NCBI GenBank assembly: GCA_030390025.1
Contig: CM059445.1
Span: 12,214,001 to 12,278,000 of the forward strand
Direction: 5' to 3'
Length of the DNA: 64,000 nucleotides
Origin: Squalus acanthias
Taxonomy: Eukaryota
The notes under the pieces were generated by a model. The model saw only the letters and a list, made by a program, of their open reading frames with translations. It was not told the origin of the DNA and did no database searches. The position numbers and the translations under genes were made by a program. Of this stretch, positions 1-12,149 are shown one piece after another; the stretch's first letter is position 1; the number at the start of each line of letters is the position of its first letter.

Positions 1-374
1 TGTAGGCCTTGCTGGTCGCCAAGCCACTTATTTGGGCATCTTGGCCAAGTGGCCAATATTCACGTGTGGACCTTGATGGTGAGTGAACAGGAGGCCGCCA
101 TTCAGTCCCTCGAGTCTGCGCCGCCATTCAAGGCTGATCGGTACCATTTATCCACCTTTGCTCTGTATCCCTTGATCCCCTTACCCGACGAAAATCCATT
201 GATCCCGGTCTTGAAGGCTCCAATTGTCTCCCAACATCCAGCCTTTTGGAGGAGAAAAATTCCACATTTCCACTACCTTTCTGTGTGGGCAAACTTACTT
301 ACTGATTTCCCCCCCTCAATGGCCTGGTGCTAGTTTTAAGGTTAAGTCCCCTCTATCAGGGAAATAGTTTGTTA

Positions 375-845
375 TTTTTAAAAATTCGTTCATGGGATTT
401 GGGCGTCGCTGGCAAGGCCAGCATTTATTGCCCATCCCCCTAGTTGCCCTCGAAGGTGGTGGTGAGCCGCCTTCTTGAACCGCTGCAGTCCGTGTGGTGA
501 GGGTGCTCCCACCGTGCTGTTAGGGAGGGAGTTCCAGGATGTTGACCCAGCGACGATGAAGGATCGGCGATATATTTCCAAGTCAGGATGGTGTGTGACT
601 TGGAGGGGAACTTGGAGGTGGTGGTGTTCCCATGCGCCTGCTGCCCTTGTCCTTCTAGGTGGAAGAGGTCGCGGGTTTGGGAGGCGCTGCCGAAGAAGCC
701 TTGGCGAGTTGCTGCAGTGCATCTTGTAGATGGTACACACTGCAGCCACGGTGCGCTGGTGGTGGAGGGAGTGAATGTTTAAGGTGGTGGATGGGGTGCC
801 AATCAAGTGGGCTGCTTGGTCCTGGACGGTGTCGAGCTTCTTGTG
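375..845 (-). mobile_element. CR1-group LINE (family B), 3' fragment
   Basis: Minus-strand peptide LIGTPSTTLNIHSLHHQRTVAAVCTIYKMH...SWNSLP; tail gggcaataaatgctggccttgccagcgacgccc. Confidence 0.8.
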
Positions 846-1160
846 TTGATGGAGCTGCCCTCTATCGAATCATTTTAAACTCCATCAGATCACCCTTCAA
901 TTTCCATACTCAAGGGAATATAGGCCCGAGTTTCTCTTCAATCATGGAGGGAGGGGTGAGGTGGGAATGGCAGCTGAATCTGCTCTTGCATGCTCCCAAT
1001 ATTCTCTCGTGTACTTTCCAATGGAAGTCGCCACTGGTAATTGGGAGCAGCAACAGAACCCGACTTTTTTCGATATACCCCTCTAATCCAGAGGCCATGA
1101 AAGCACTGCTATTAGCTGCCAGCTCTGAAAAGCCTTAAACAAAAACAATATTTGTTTTAA

Positions 1161-1618
1161 GTGTCAGCCGTGGCTCAGTGGGTACCACTCTCGCCTCTGA
1201 GTCAGAGGGTTGTAGGTTCAAGGCCCACTCCAGAGACTTGAGCACATAACGCTAGGCTGACACTCCAGTGCAGTGCTGAGGGAGTGCTGCACTGTCGGAG
1301 GTGCCGCTTTTCGGATGAGACGTTAAACCGAGGCCCCGTCTGCCCCCTCAGGTGGACGTAAAAGATCCCGTGGCACTATTTGAAGAAGAGCTGGGGAGTT
1401 TTCCCCGGTGTCCTGGCCAATATTTATCCCTCAATCAACATCACTAAAAAACAGATTATCTGGGCATTATCACATGGCTGTTTGTGGAAGCTTGCTGTGC
1501 GCAAATTGGCTGCCGCGTTTCCTGCAGTGACTACACTTCAAAAAGTACTTAATTGGCTGTAAAACGCTTTGGGACGTCCTGATGTTGTGAAAGGCGCTAT
1601 ATAAACGCAAGTCTTTTC
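1161..1618 (+). mobile_element. tRNA-derived SINE, SacSINE1/DeuSINE-like, full length
   Basis: A box TGGCTCAGTGG, B-box-like GGTTCAAGGCC, Deu-type core (gtcctggccaatatttatccctcaa; gctgtgcgcaaattggctgccg) and tail aaaggcgctatataaacgcaagt. Confidence 0.85.
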
Positions 1619-2119
1619 AGACTTTGTGGGACCTGTAAATTGGTGATGAATTCCTGGTGTTTGCGTCTGTCGTGGCTGTTTTCTTGGGATAGTGCCAGGG
1701 CGAGCATGTATTGAGCCATTGTGATGGAGGGGAAATGTAAGATACTGATCAAATTACTGGGGTAGGGTTATTTCAAGGTTAGATTTGGTTGAGAGAATGA
1801 GTTATTCATCACGCTGTCTGTTTTCATTCGAGCCGTGATGCAGGTGCCTGGGTTTGAGTTACAAGATTTTGTTGGGGAGGAGCAGCAGTTAGCTGGATCA
1901 GGAGACTGGGAATAGGGGATTAGCTCTGAAGCTTATCTGTTACAGTCCAATACGTTGGGAATTCCAAGCTGTCAGCACTGGATGAATCCCAGGTGCGAGA
2001 TTTATCCCTTGGGGGCCATATCATTACAGCATTGGCTTGTACTAAACGTGTAAAGGTGGATGAAAGTGGCAAGCCGTTTCTGTTCTTGGGCTGTCGAGGG
2101 TGCCCAGGTGAAGTAGTTG

Positions 2120-2605
2120 TATTTATATCGCTCCTTTCACATCCGTCACGATATCCCGTAGAGCTTCACAGCCAATGATTGCTTTTGAAGTTTGGTCACC
2201 AATGTTCCTTTTATTTTCGGTGCGTGGCCCCTTTAAGTGGCTGCGCGGCCCATTCAAATCTTCGCGCGTGCGCGGTTATTCCCATTGAAAAGCCGGCGAG
2301 CGGCCAGCCCGGGACCGCCAGACCGCTGCGCAGCCCCGCAGCTTAACGGGAGCATTGGTGGTCACTGTTGCTCTGCAGGTAAGCACGGCAGGCCAATTTG
2401 CACACAGGAAGAGCCCACAAAGAGCGAGGGGGTGAATTACCAGTTAATCTGTTTTGTTGGTTGAGGGATGAATGTTGGTCAGAACTCCCCGCTCCCCTCT
2501 TGGGGGGTGGGGGAGGGGGAAGTTGCCATGGTTTTTTTTGCATCTTCTGCAAGTGTTGGTGTAGATTTATGTGCTCAAGACTTGGGTGTCTGGCTTGAAC
2601 CTACT
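2120..2605 (-). mobile_element. old diverged SacSINE1-like SINE interrupted by a hAT MITE
   Basis: Degenerate reverse-complement matches (cacagccaatga, gccaatttgcacacag, ttggttgagggat, gtgctcaag). Confidence 0.6.
2200..2357. mobile_element. hAT-type MITE
   Basis: TIRs CAATGTTCCTTTTA / TTAACGGGAGCATTG; 8-bp TSD ttggtcac / gtggtcac. Confidence 0.75.
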
Positions 2606-2612
2606 GACCACA

Positions 2613-3104
2613 GCAACAACTCGTATTTATATAGCGCCTTTAATGTAGTAAAACGTCCCAAGGCGCTGCACAGGAGTATTTTAAGACAAAAAAATTTGAC
2701 ACCGAGCCACATAAGGATAAATTAGGGGCAGGTGACCAAAAGCTTGGTCAAAGAGGCCGGTTTTAAGGAGCGTCTTACAGGAGGAAAGAGAGGTAGCGAG
2801 GTGGAGAGGTTTAGGCAGGGAATTCCAGAGCTTAGGGCCTAGGCAACAGAAGGCACAGCCACCAAAGGTGGAGCGATTTATAATCGAGGGTAGAATTAGA
2901 GGAGCGCAGATATCTCGGGCGGGGTTGTGGGGCTGAAGGAGATTAGAGATAGGGAGGGGCGAGGCCATGGAGGGATTTGAAAACGAGGATGAGAATTTTG
3001 AAATCGAGGCGCTGCTTAACCGGGAGCCAGTGTAGGTCAGCGAGCACAGGGGTGATGGGCGAACGGGACTTGGTGCGAGTTAGGACACGGGCAGCCGAGT
3101 TTTG
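2613..3104 (-). mobile_element. L2-clade LINE, 3' fragment
   Basis: Minus-strand peptide GPKLWNSLPKPLHLATSLSSCKTLLKT; QNSAARVL-like region; tail aaaggcgctatataaatacgagttgttg. Confidence 0.85.
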
Positions 3105-3422
3105 GAGACGGAAGAGGTGAGAGTGCTACCACTGAACAAGCTGTCACTTCATTCAAGTGACATCAATATAATCTCTCCTATTTCGTCTTTTCTCTCTTCC
3201 CCTCCCCTTTCAGAGCCCTCTTAGGCGTGGGCTTTCCATTTTCTCTCAAAGTGCGAGACCGCATTAGGGGCCAGTCTATCCCAGAATTCAAAGCTGTAGT
3301 GAAAGCCCTCTATTACAGTTAGTTTTAATAGAGGATTCTCTCTGGTGCTATGAATGCTGGGATAGACGTGCCTCCATAGAATTTAGCTCTCCAGCAAGAG
3401 ATCTGCTGGGACTCTCAGCGAG

Positions 3423-4158
3423 AGTCTAACCACCTCCCCATGACATTCAATGGCATTACCATAATCGAATCCCCCACCATCAATATCCTGGGGGTCACCA
3501 TTGACCAGAAACTTAACTGGACCAGCCACATAAATACTGTGGCAACAAGAGCAGGTCAGAGGCCAGGTGTTCGGTGGCGAGTGTCTCACCTCCTGACTCC
3601 CCAAAGCCATTCCACCATCTACAAGGCACAAGTCAGGAGTGTGATGGAATACTCTCCACTTGCCTGGATGAGTGCAGCTCCAACAACACTCAAGAAGCTC
3701 GACACCACCCAGGACAAAGCAGACCGCTTGATTGGCACCCCATCCACCACCTTAAACATCCACTCCCTCCACCACCGGCGTACGGTGGCTGCAGTGTGTA
3801 CCATCTACAAGATGTACTGCAGCAACTCGCCAAGGCTTCTTCGGCAGCACCTCCCAAACCCGCGACCTCTTCCACCTAGAAGGACAAGGGCAGCAGGCGC
3901 ATGGCAACACCACCACCTCCAAGTTCCCCTCCAAGTCACACACCATCCTGACGTGGAAATATATCACCGTTCCTTCATCGTCGCTGGGTCAAAATCCTGG
4001 AACTCCCTCCCTACCAGCACTGTGGGAGCACCTTCACCACACTGACTGCAGCAGTTCAAGAAGGCGGCTCACCACCACCTTCTCGACGGCAATTAGGGAT
4101 GGACAATAAATGCTGGCCTTGCCAGCGATGCCCACATCCTATGAATGAATAAAAAAAA
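3423..4158 (+). mobile_element. CR1-group LINE (family B), 3' fragment of ORF2 plus tail
   Basis: NILGVTIDQKLNWTSHI...IYKAQVRSVMEYSPLAW, the post-RT thumb region of a non-LTR retrotransposon. Confidence 0.85.
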
Positions 4159-4726
4159 CATGGTGCAGGATCAGCAGTTTCTAGTATGTGGACTTGCAGT
4201 TTAATAGTTGTGAAGGGTGTATGACCGACGGGCCAGCCTGCTTTGGGGGATGAGCGGGCAGAGATCAGGAAGGTCTTTCACCACGTTGAAGTATTCTTCA
4301 ATTAATGACTGGACTGAAGACTAGGTTAGCTTGGAAAACCGCAGATGGAACTGTGCAGCCAGTCCCATTCTCCAGATAACCTAGTTGTTGCCAACATTAA
4401 AAAGTCAAAATCCAAGGCAGTGCCAGCTCGCTGGGATCATCCGATCGGAATTTGGACCACCTTTGCAGGCTGGAATGTAAACCAGTCCTATAGCACATTC
4501 TGAGGAGGTGAAGTGTGTGAACAGCCAGTCCAATCGGGCAGCCTCCAGTCTCTACTGTCCTGGATAGAGTGTTCCTAGCTAGTCTGTGATTGTGATGCTG
4601 GGATTTAGCTTATTATGACTGGAGTCTAATTCGTGATTCAATGGCGTGGAGTGGGGAACCACATTGGAATGCAATTCTGGGCAACATCTGGGAGGTTTTG
4701 GACGGCCATATGCGTCGTGTTTGAAA

Positions 4727-5160
4727 GAAGAAAGAATAGACTTTGGTTTTTATATAGCGCTTTTCACAACCGCAGGAGTGCTTTTCAACCAACCAAGTAC
4801 TTTTGAAGACTGCTGTAGTGTAGGAAGCGCGGCAGCCAATTTGCACACAGCAAGCTCCCACAAACAGCAATGTGATGACGACCAGCTAATCTATTTTAGT
4901 GATGTTGATTGAGGGATAAATATTGGCCAAGACACCGGTGATCTCTCCCCTGCTTTTCTTCAAAATAGTGCCTTCACATCCACCTGTGAGAGCAGACGGG
5001 GCCTCAGTTTAACGTCTCATCCGAAAGACGGCACCTCTGACAGTGCGGCACTCCATCAGCACTGCACTGCAATGTCAGCCTAGGTTTTGTTTGTGCTCAA
5101 GTCTCTGGAGTGGGACTTGAACCCACAACCTTCTGACTCAGACGAGGGTGCTACCAACTG
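4727..5160 (-). mobile_element. SacSINE1-like SINE
   Basis: Reverse complement of the same consensus, head to tail. Confidence 0.85.
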
Positions 5161-5349
5161 ATAGAATTGTCCTCGACACTGGTTATAGGGAGGAAAATCA
5201 GCTAGGGTTCCTATCCCTGATGGCTATAGAATGACTCATATGTATTGCCATCACTCCATAGCTAAGCTCACACATTAAGAATGGCCATTTGCGCAAGCTA
5301 CCAGGGGGCCACGGGCACCTGTGGAACCTACCCCAGTGCGTTCAGAAGA

Positions 5350-5562
5350 GAAGCCCTGCTCTTCTTTGAAATGGGATCTTTTGCGTCCACCTGAGAGGTT
5401 TAATGTCTCTCCTGAAAGATGGTACCTCCCTCATCGCTCCCCTCCGTACTGCACTGGGAGTTTCAGCCTGGATTTTTGTGCTCGAGTCTCTGGAGTTGGG
5501 GCTTGAACCCACAACCTTCTGACTCGGAGGCGAGGGTGCTGCTCACATGAGCCACGGCTGAC
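5350..5562 (-). mobile_element. SacSINE1-like SINE, 5' half
   Basis: ggcttgaacccacaaccttctgactcggaggcgag...gagccacggctgac. Confidence 0.75.
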
Positions 5563-6402
5563 CTGCTCCGAAACGTGAGGAAACCGTCCCTGAACTTTGT
5601 GGACCAGGAAGGTCTCCTGTTCAGTCCCCAGTCTCTGCCTCAGCTACGTACAGTTAGACGCAGCATCCCAGGGTAGCACAGGGAAACTTGGCCAGGGCTC
5701 CAGCTCCTGACCCCTATTCCCCTGCCGGGAATGGGCACGGTTGGACGTCGAGAGGACAAAATTGACAATTCATGGGCAAATAACCTGCCAGCACTCACCG
5801 GAAGACTGGCACATGAATAACGGCAAGGTACCTTGAGGGCAACTATCGCCTGTGGTTCAGTCGGGGAGTCGGTGCCTTATGTAGAGGATGAGTTCCTTAT
5901 CTCAACTGTGCCTTAGTGGGCAGTGAGAAGGGGGGGTGAAGGTGGTAAGAGGTGTTCATTGGAGACTAGCAAGCAGTTACTGTGTGGGATTGATGCTTGG
6001 CCCAATAAAATATAGGAGAAAAATAAAATTTTATGTGGCTATAAAATCAGCCTTCAGTCATATAAAGTATTTTATATAAAATTTTAAAGAGTAGATAAAT
6101 GCATAGTGATTTGAGGTTTCTCTTTCCGGTGTATATTGGTTTTCTATACGCTTGTGGCTCTTTACAAATGGCCTCCAATTTGGGCCATAAAGACGTGGAA
6201 TAGAATCTTTAGAAACTCATTTGTGTATCACTGATAGGGTTGTGAATAATTGCACTTTGTGTTTGAGTGAACTTGTGATGTTTCCTACAAGGTCGGAGCG
6301 GATGACCAGAAAGAGAGCCCTAGGTCTTGGGTAAATCCATCTTCTCTTGCTCGTCCTCCCCTCACACAGTCTTCACATGAACCTCTCTGAACTTGAGTCT
6401 TC

Positions 6403-6858
6403 GTGTCAGCCCGTGGCTCAGTGGGCAGCACTCTCTCGCCTCTGAGTCAGAAGGTCGTGGGTTCAAGTCCCACTCCAGAGACTTGAGCACGTAAATTTAG
6501 ACTGACTCTCCAGTGCAGTGCTGAGGGAGTGCTGCACTGTCAGAGGTGCTGTCTTTCAGCTGAGGCCCCGTCTGTGTTCTCAGGTGGACGTTAAAAAATC
6601 TCATGGCGCTATTCAAAGAAAAGCAGGGGGAGTTCTCCCTGCTGTCCTGGCCAATATTTATCCCTCAATCAACATCACAAACAGATTATCTGGTCATTAT
6701 CACATTGCTGTTTGTGGGAGCTTGCTGTGCGCAATTTTACTGCCGCGTTTCCCACATTACAACAGTGACTACACTTCAAAAAATACTTCATTGGCTGTAA
6801 AGCGCTTTGAGACGTCCGGTGATCGTGAAAGGCGCGATATAAATGCAAGTCTTTCTTT
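6403..6858 (+). mobile_element. SacSINE1-like SINE
   Basis: A/B boxes, core and tail as in 1161-1618. Confidence 0.85.
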
Positions 6859-7706
6859 GAGTTCCAAATGGAACATTCAACAACAACTTGTATTTATATA
6901 GCGCCTTTAACGTAGTAAAACGTCCCAAGGTGCTGCACAGGAGTATTTTAAGACAAAAAAAAATTGACACTCGGACAAAGACGGTCCCTGGTTTGAGCCC
7001 TGGTCGGTATGGAGTTGGCCAGTCTGGATTGGGGCAACAGTTTGGTTCGGCACGATTGTATCAATTGGGGACAAGAGGGTATTGTTTCAAGTAGTTGCCA
7101 GCAGTGAGTCATCCCACGTGATACTGTTTTAATGCCCCTTGTTTTACACCATCACCTAATGCCATCTAAGGGAATCAAGGGATATGGGGATCGGGCGGGA
7201 AAGTGGAGTTGAGGTCGAAGATCAGCCATGATCTTATTGAATGGCGGAGCAGGCTCGAGGCGTCGTGCGGCCTACTCCTGCTCCTAATTTTTATATTTCT
7301 TAGCTGAATGCTACTGCCCTGCAGCCCCGGAGTGTGTAACTCAAACTAAATTGAGCATCCATTCTGTCAGGATCAGATTTCAAGTGAAGCATGGATTACT
7401 TCGATGCTGTCAGCACTCTGGCTCACCGACTTGTGGACAGAATCGAGGGACTTGACTCTCAAAGCACTGGTTTAAAAACCTCAGAATTCCAAGCAATGAA
7501 ACTAGAAATTGATTTAATCTGTCACCAGTAAACCCCAATCCAGACTGGCCAACTCCATACCGACCAGGGCTCAAACCAGGGACCGTCTTTGTCAGAGTGT
7601 CAAATTTTTTTGTCTTAAAATACTCCTTCAAATGATCCGAACACTTTAGAAAGATGGGAACACTCTGAGCAACCGTGTTTTCCACAGGTGCTGACTGCTT
7701 CCGGTA

Positions 7707-7822
7707 AGAAGAAAGAAAGAGAGACTTGCATTTCTATAGCGCCTTTCACGACCACCGGACTTCTCAAAGCGCTTTACAGCCAATGAAGTACTTTTGGAGT
7801 GTAGTCACTGTTGTAATGTGGG
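7707..7822 (-). mobile_element. SacSINE1-like SINE, 3' fragment
   Basis: gacttgcatttctatagcgcctttcacg...cagccaatgaagtac. Confidence 0.75.
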
Positions 7823-7880
7823 GTACCTAGAAGGTGTACATTCCCGGCTGTTCCATTGTGGGCACGAATGGGATTGTAGT

Positions 7881-8464
7881 GGCCCGTAATTTCCGATAGG
7901 AGGCTTCCTGTGCGTGCGGATGCCTCCGATCGGTAGGGGGGTGGGGGGGGGGGAAATCTCCGAACTTGTCTGAGGGCTCCCGAGGTGCGTGTACTTCCGC
8001 TCCTGGGCGCCTCCACAGTCAAAATGCACAGAGGTCCACGTATCCCAGGAGCGTAGGCAGTTCGCAAGCGTCCCTGGGATCACGTGGGCCAGGCCAGCCA
8101 ATAGGAGAAGGGAATCTCCCTTCATACTTTTGACAGATAGACCCATCAAATATATGAATGGAGATCACCCCAAAAAGACACACACATTAAATAATTTTTT
8201 TAAAACCACGTTTTTAAAATGAATAAAATTTACATTAAATTAAATATTTAAACATTTAACTTTTTGAAAAAAATTAGTTTTTTAACGGGGCTAAAAATAA
8301 ACTTTTTAAAAAGTATTTTAAATTATAAATGAATGGAATTTTTTTTTATTGTTTTCAACTCTCTTATGCTGGTAAAAGCAGGCCTTTACACCTGCTTTTA
8401 CCAGGCGTAAGATTCCGAAGGGTTTTCAGCGGGCGGAGGTTCTGCAGCAAGCGGAACTCTTTCT

Positions 8465-8531
<67 letters not shown>

Positions 8532-8690
8532 GTCTCCAGGGCAGGCGTGCGATCTGACGAGCATTCTTGACAGATCGGAAATGCCGGTTTTCAGCGCATG
8601 CGTTGTGCTTGCCTGAAACCGGCATTTCCGATGTCCCTACGGGTGTGTACACAGCGCGTACCCACCCGTAGGGATCGGAAAATACGGGCC
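7881..8690. mobile_element. non-autonomous DNA transposon, PIF/Harbinger-like
   Basis: TIR GGCCCGTAATTTCCGAT / GATCGGAAAATACGGGCC; flanks agt/att; colinear with 58781-59498. Confidence 0.75.
8467..8528. repeat. (CA)31 microsatellite
   Basis: Read directly from the sequence. Confidence 0.95.
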
Positions 8691-9659
8691 ATTATCTTTT
8701 CCCCTCTCCATAGGGCAGGGGTTCATTGACCCTTGACTCCTGTCCTGCTTGAGATCGACGAATTTGGTAGAGGCCAGAGATGGAACCGGGGCACCTCTTT
8801 GTCCGAACGGCTCAGACCAGTGCCAGGGTCGCTCGAGCATCTGCCCACTGCGGGGGGGTGGGGGGGGATGTCATTTCCAAGCAACCTGTTCAGGTTCGTC
8901 TCCATTTTTTTTTCTGCCCCCGAGGACGCGATGAATTTCACCTGGGCGATGTCTTCTTGGGTCGTTGAATATTTTGAGACTAAAGCAAACTCGCGCACCG
9001 ACCGCTCTGACCCGAACAACAGGCCACATTCCAGTGGGGTCAGGGACAAGGCTTCATTGTTCAGGGCCGCTGAAATACATCATCAGGATCAGGTTCGCTC
9101 CTGTAATCATTTAACTCCAGCCGGTTAAGTTGATGCATACTTGGCATCACTTGTGCTGTGTTTGTGATGACCTCTTTATGTTGTTGGGTGGAGGGATGTT
9201 GGTGGCAGGGCCGATGTAATGCCACTCCCTAGTTGGCCTGAACAACAGGTATTGAGAGTCAACCATGTAGTGTAGACTAGATTGTGGGTACAGGTTGCAG
9301 GTTCCTTTTCCTGACTGGGCATTAGTGCGTGCGCGCGCTCTCTCCTTTTCTCTCCCCCTCTCTCTTGAATTTTCAGCTGCTTTGAATTGAGCAATGTTAA
9401 TAGCACAGCAAAATAGGAATATAGTGCTATAAATAAATTGGATTGTCAGATCGTTTTGATTCCGCACCTTTTGAATGAAGAGTGGACTGTATTCCACCTG
9501 GACTCCCTGCAGCTGTGACTCCCACGCACTTATACCTGCGTAAATAGCTCTCTCGTTGAATCCGTTTCTAGTTACTGATCTACCCTTTTTACTCAGTTAA
9601 TATCATCAATTGGATTTCATGTACAATAGTTTTCTCGGAGCAGCTTGGGTGCGAAAGCC

Positions 9660-10304
9660 GGGGGCTATATTTTAACGCAACCTCACCGGGCGCGAGACCG
9701 AGCTGCTGGGGTCGGCCGCCTGATTTACTTCCAGCCCCGATTTTATTTGCCATTGAAAGAAAGAAAGACTTGTATTTCTATAGCGCCTTTCACATCCTCA
9801 GGACGTCCCAAAGCGCTTTACAGCCAATGAAGTACTTTTTGAAGTGTGGCCACTGTTGTAATGTGGGAAACGCAGCAGCCAATTTGCGCACAGCAAGCTC
9901 CCACAAACAGCAGTGTGATAATGACCGGATAATCTGTTTTTAGTGATGTTGGTTGACAGATAAATATTGGCCCAGGACACCGGGGATAACTCCCCTGCTC
10001 CTCTTCGAAATAGTGCCGTGGGATCTCCACTTGAGAGAGCAGACGGGGCCTCGGTTTAACGTTTCATCCAAAAGACGGCACCTCCGACAGTGCAGCACTC
10101 CCTCAGCACTGCACTGGAGTGTCAGCCTGGATTTTTGTGCTCAAATCTCTGGAGTGGGACTTGAACCCACAACCTTCTGACTCCGAGGCTAGGGTGCTGC
10201 CCACTGAGCCACGGCTGACACTTCTCATGTATTGTAAAGTGAAATCGGGCCTCCTATTCGATCCCATCAGTCTCCCGCCAGGCAGGTTAGCTTAAAATCC
10301 CCCC
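9660..10304. mobile_element. second copy of the hairpin MITE, split by a SINE
   Basis: ggggctatattttaacgcaacctcaccgggcg ... gatcccatcagtctcccgccaggcaggttagcttaaaatcccccc; matches both arms of 37230-37398. Confidence 0.6.
9757..10221 (-). mobile_element. SacSINE1-like SINE inserted into a hairpin MITE
   Basis: Full reverse-complement copy with a (CTTT)n tail. Confidence 0.85.
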
Positions 10305-10726
10305 GGGAGACTAATGTGATGTGAGTTTAAAATCTTAAGTTTTGCTGAGAAAGGGAGTCGCAGATAAAGAGTACCGACGGCCTCCAACAGTGTTGAATGT
10401 TGGCAGATATTCAACCACCGAGCATCTTGCAGCCAAGCCCATTCCAGTCTACACAGATGTGTTTTCCAGTCAGTCAGGAATATGAGCTCCAGCTGCTTTT
10501 CCCATTCCCCGTGCCCCCACCCCCAGTTCAGGATGCCAAAGCCAATTATAGTTTTCTCCAGTGCTCCTACTAATGAGCTAACTGCACAGAATGTTAATTT
10601 ACCTCGGGTCTGTTTGCCTTAGCATTGCACGACTCACTGGGCATGTCCCCCCTGAGCCATTGGCCAATCGTAAGCCTCTTGTGACTTTTTTCCCTGAATG
10701 CATAAGTCTTTCTTTTTTCGTGTATC

Positions 10727-11197
10727 GTGTCAGCCAGTGGCTCAGTGGGTAGCACTCTCTCGCCTCCGAGTCAGACGGTCGTGGGTTCAAGTCCCACTCC
10801 AGAGACTTGAGCTCTCAAATCCAGGCCGACACTCCAGTGCCGTGCTGAGGGAGTGCCGCACTGTCGGAGGTGCCGTCTTTCGGAGCAGATGTTAAACAGT
10901 CTGCTCTCTCGGGTGGATGTACAAGATCCCACGGCACTCTTTCGAAGAAGAGCAGGGGAGTTCTTCCCGGTGTCCTGAGGCCAATATTTATCCCTCAACC
11001 AACATCACTAAAAACAGATTATCTGGTGGTCATCCCATTGCTGTTTGTGGGAGCTTGCTGTGTGCAAATTGGCTGCCGTGTTTCCTACATGACAACAGTT
11101 ACCACACTTAAAAAAAAAAAAAAAAGGATTTCATTGGCTATAAAGCGCTTTGGGACGCCCGGAGGTCATGAAAGGCGCTTTAGAAATGCAAGTCTTT
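10727..11197 (+). mobile_element. SacSINE1-like SINE
   Basis: Full consensus match with an internal A-run expansion. Confidence 0.85.
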
Positions 11198-11776
11198 TAT
11201 GTTTTGTCGGTCCCCCTCGCAGCGGTCTAATTCAGGCCTGGAGTCACTCTGCTCAGACTAGTTGTTTGCTGGTGAAAAGTTAGGTTGTGTGGTTTTTTTT
11301 CCACTCACTCAACTCACTCACAGTTGGAGATCTCCTAACAGGCAGTGACGTGTGTGGTGATTGAAGGCCTGAGAAGAACAAGTGCGGTAATAGGACATTT
11401 AATACACTCAATGCAAAGGGGCCTCCGGGAGCACCTGGGCCTAAGTGAGCTGGTTCGAGCCCTGGAATCAACACCAGGGGTATCGACCAGTCGAGCCCGA
11501 GGGTCCATTCCGTACATCATGTGGGAGTCAGTAGTGTGCTTTGATGTCTGAAGCAGTTAAACCACGCTAAGTGTGTTATCTCTGCAGCCCACCAGGTGTG
11601 GCTGGGCAAAATGGTGTCCGTCTCTCGACCTTGATTTCTGAAGAGGAAGATAGAGAGTCTGTGGCTTTAAACGTCGTTCGCACATGGCTCTGCAGCAAGG
11701 ACCTCGCTTAAAGGGGAAGTACGTTCAACCAAGCCGTTTGCTATCGTCCATGCTGAAGGGAATATCCCTATATTTC

Positions 11777-12070
11777 GGGGCAGCACGGTGGCATAGTGGT
11801 TTGCACTGTTGTCTCACAGCGCCAGGGACCCGGGTTCGAATCCGGCCTCGGGTGACTGTCTGTGTGGAGTTTGCACATGCTCCCCGTGTCTGCGTGGGTT
11901 TCCTCCCACAGTCCAAAGATGTGCGGGTTAGGTTGGTTTGGCTATGATAAATTGACCCTTAGTGTTAGGGGGATTAAATACGTGGGGTTACGGGGATAGG
12001 GTGGGATATATGTCGGTGCAGGCTCGATGGGCTGAAATGGCCTCTATCTGCACTGTGGGGATTCTGTGAT
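11777..12070 (+). mobile_element. HE1-like V-SINE (elasmobranch)
   Basis: tRNA head ggcagcacggtggcatagtgg...ggttcgaatcc, V-domain gtgtggagtttgcac...ctccccgtgtctgcgtgggtttcctc, CR1-type tail ctcgatgggctgaaatggcctc. Confidence 0.85.
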
Positions 12071-12149
12071 ATATTTCTCCGGTGTCTCTATTGCCTCTTT
12101 CTGCTCTGTTTTATTGCTCGTTAGGTGGACCCTGGAAGCAGATATTTAA

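Noticed and set aside
1-84. Open frame ending ...TTG ATG|gtgagt, resembling the expected end (..PILM) of the preceding CAMSAP3 exon
   Set aside because: The peptide CRPCWSPSHLFGHLGQVANIHVWTLM has no CAMSAP similarity, and the sequence matches the ancient SINE family in reverse orientation.
1161-1235. tRNA genes suggested by A/B boxes (also 11777 and others)
   Set aside because: Each continues into a SINE body and tail, so these are SINE heads rather than tRNA genes.
4210-4590. Possible ancient L1/Tx1 ORF2 remnant (similar impression at 54070-54330 and 25860-26100)
   Set aside because: Only a few scattered residues resemble the family, which is too weak to call without a profile search.
8723-9128. 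Overlapping 108-131 aa ORFs beside the Harbinger-like element as a possible transposase
   Set aside because: They lie outside the TIRs, with no DDE or Myb motif and no homology I can recognise.
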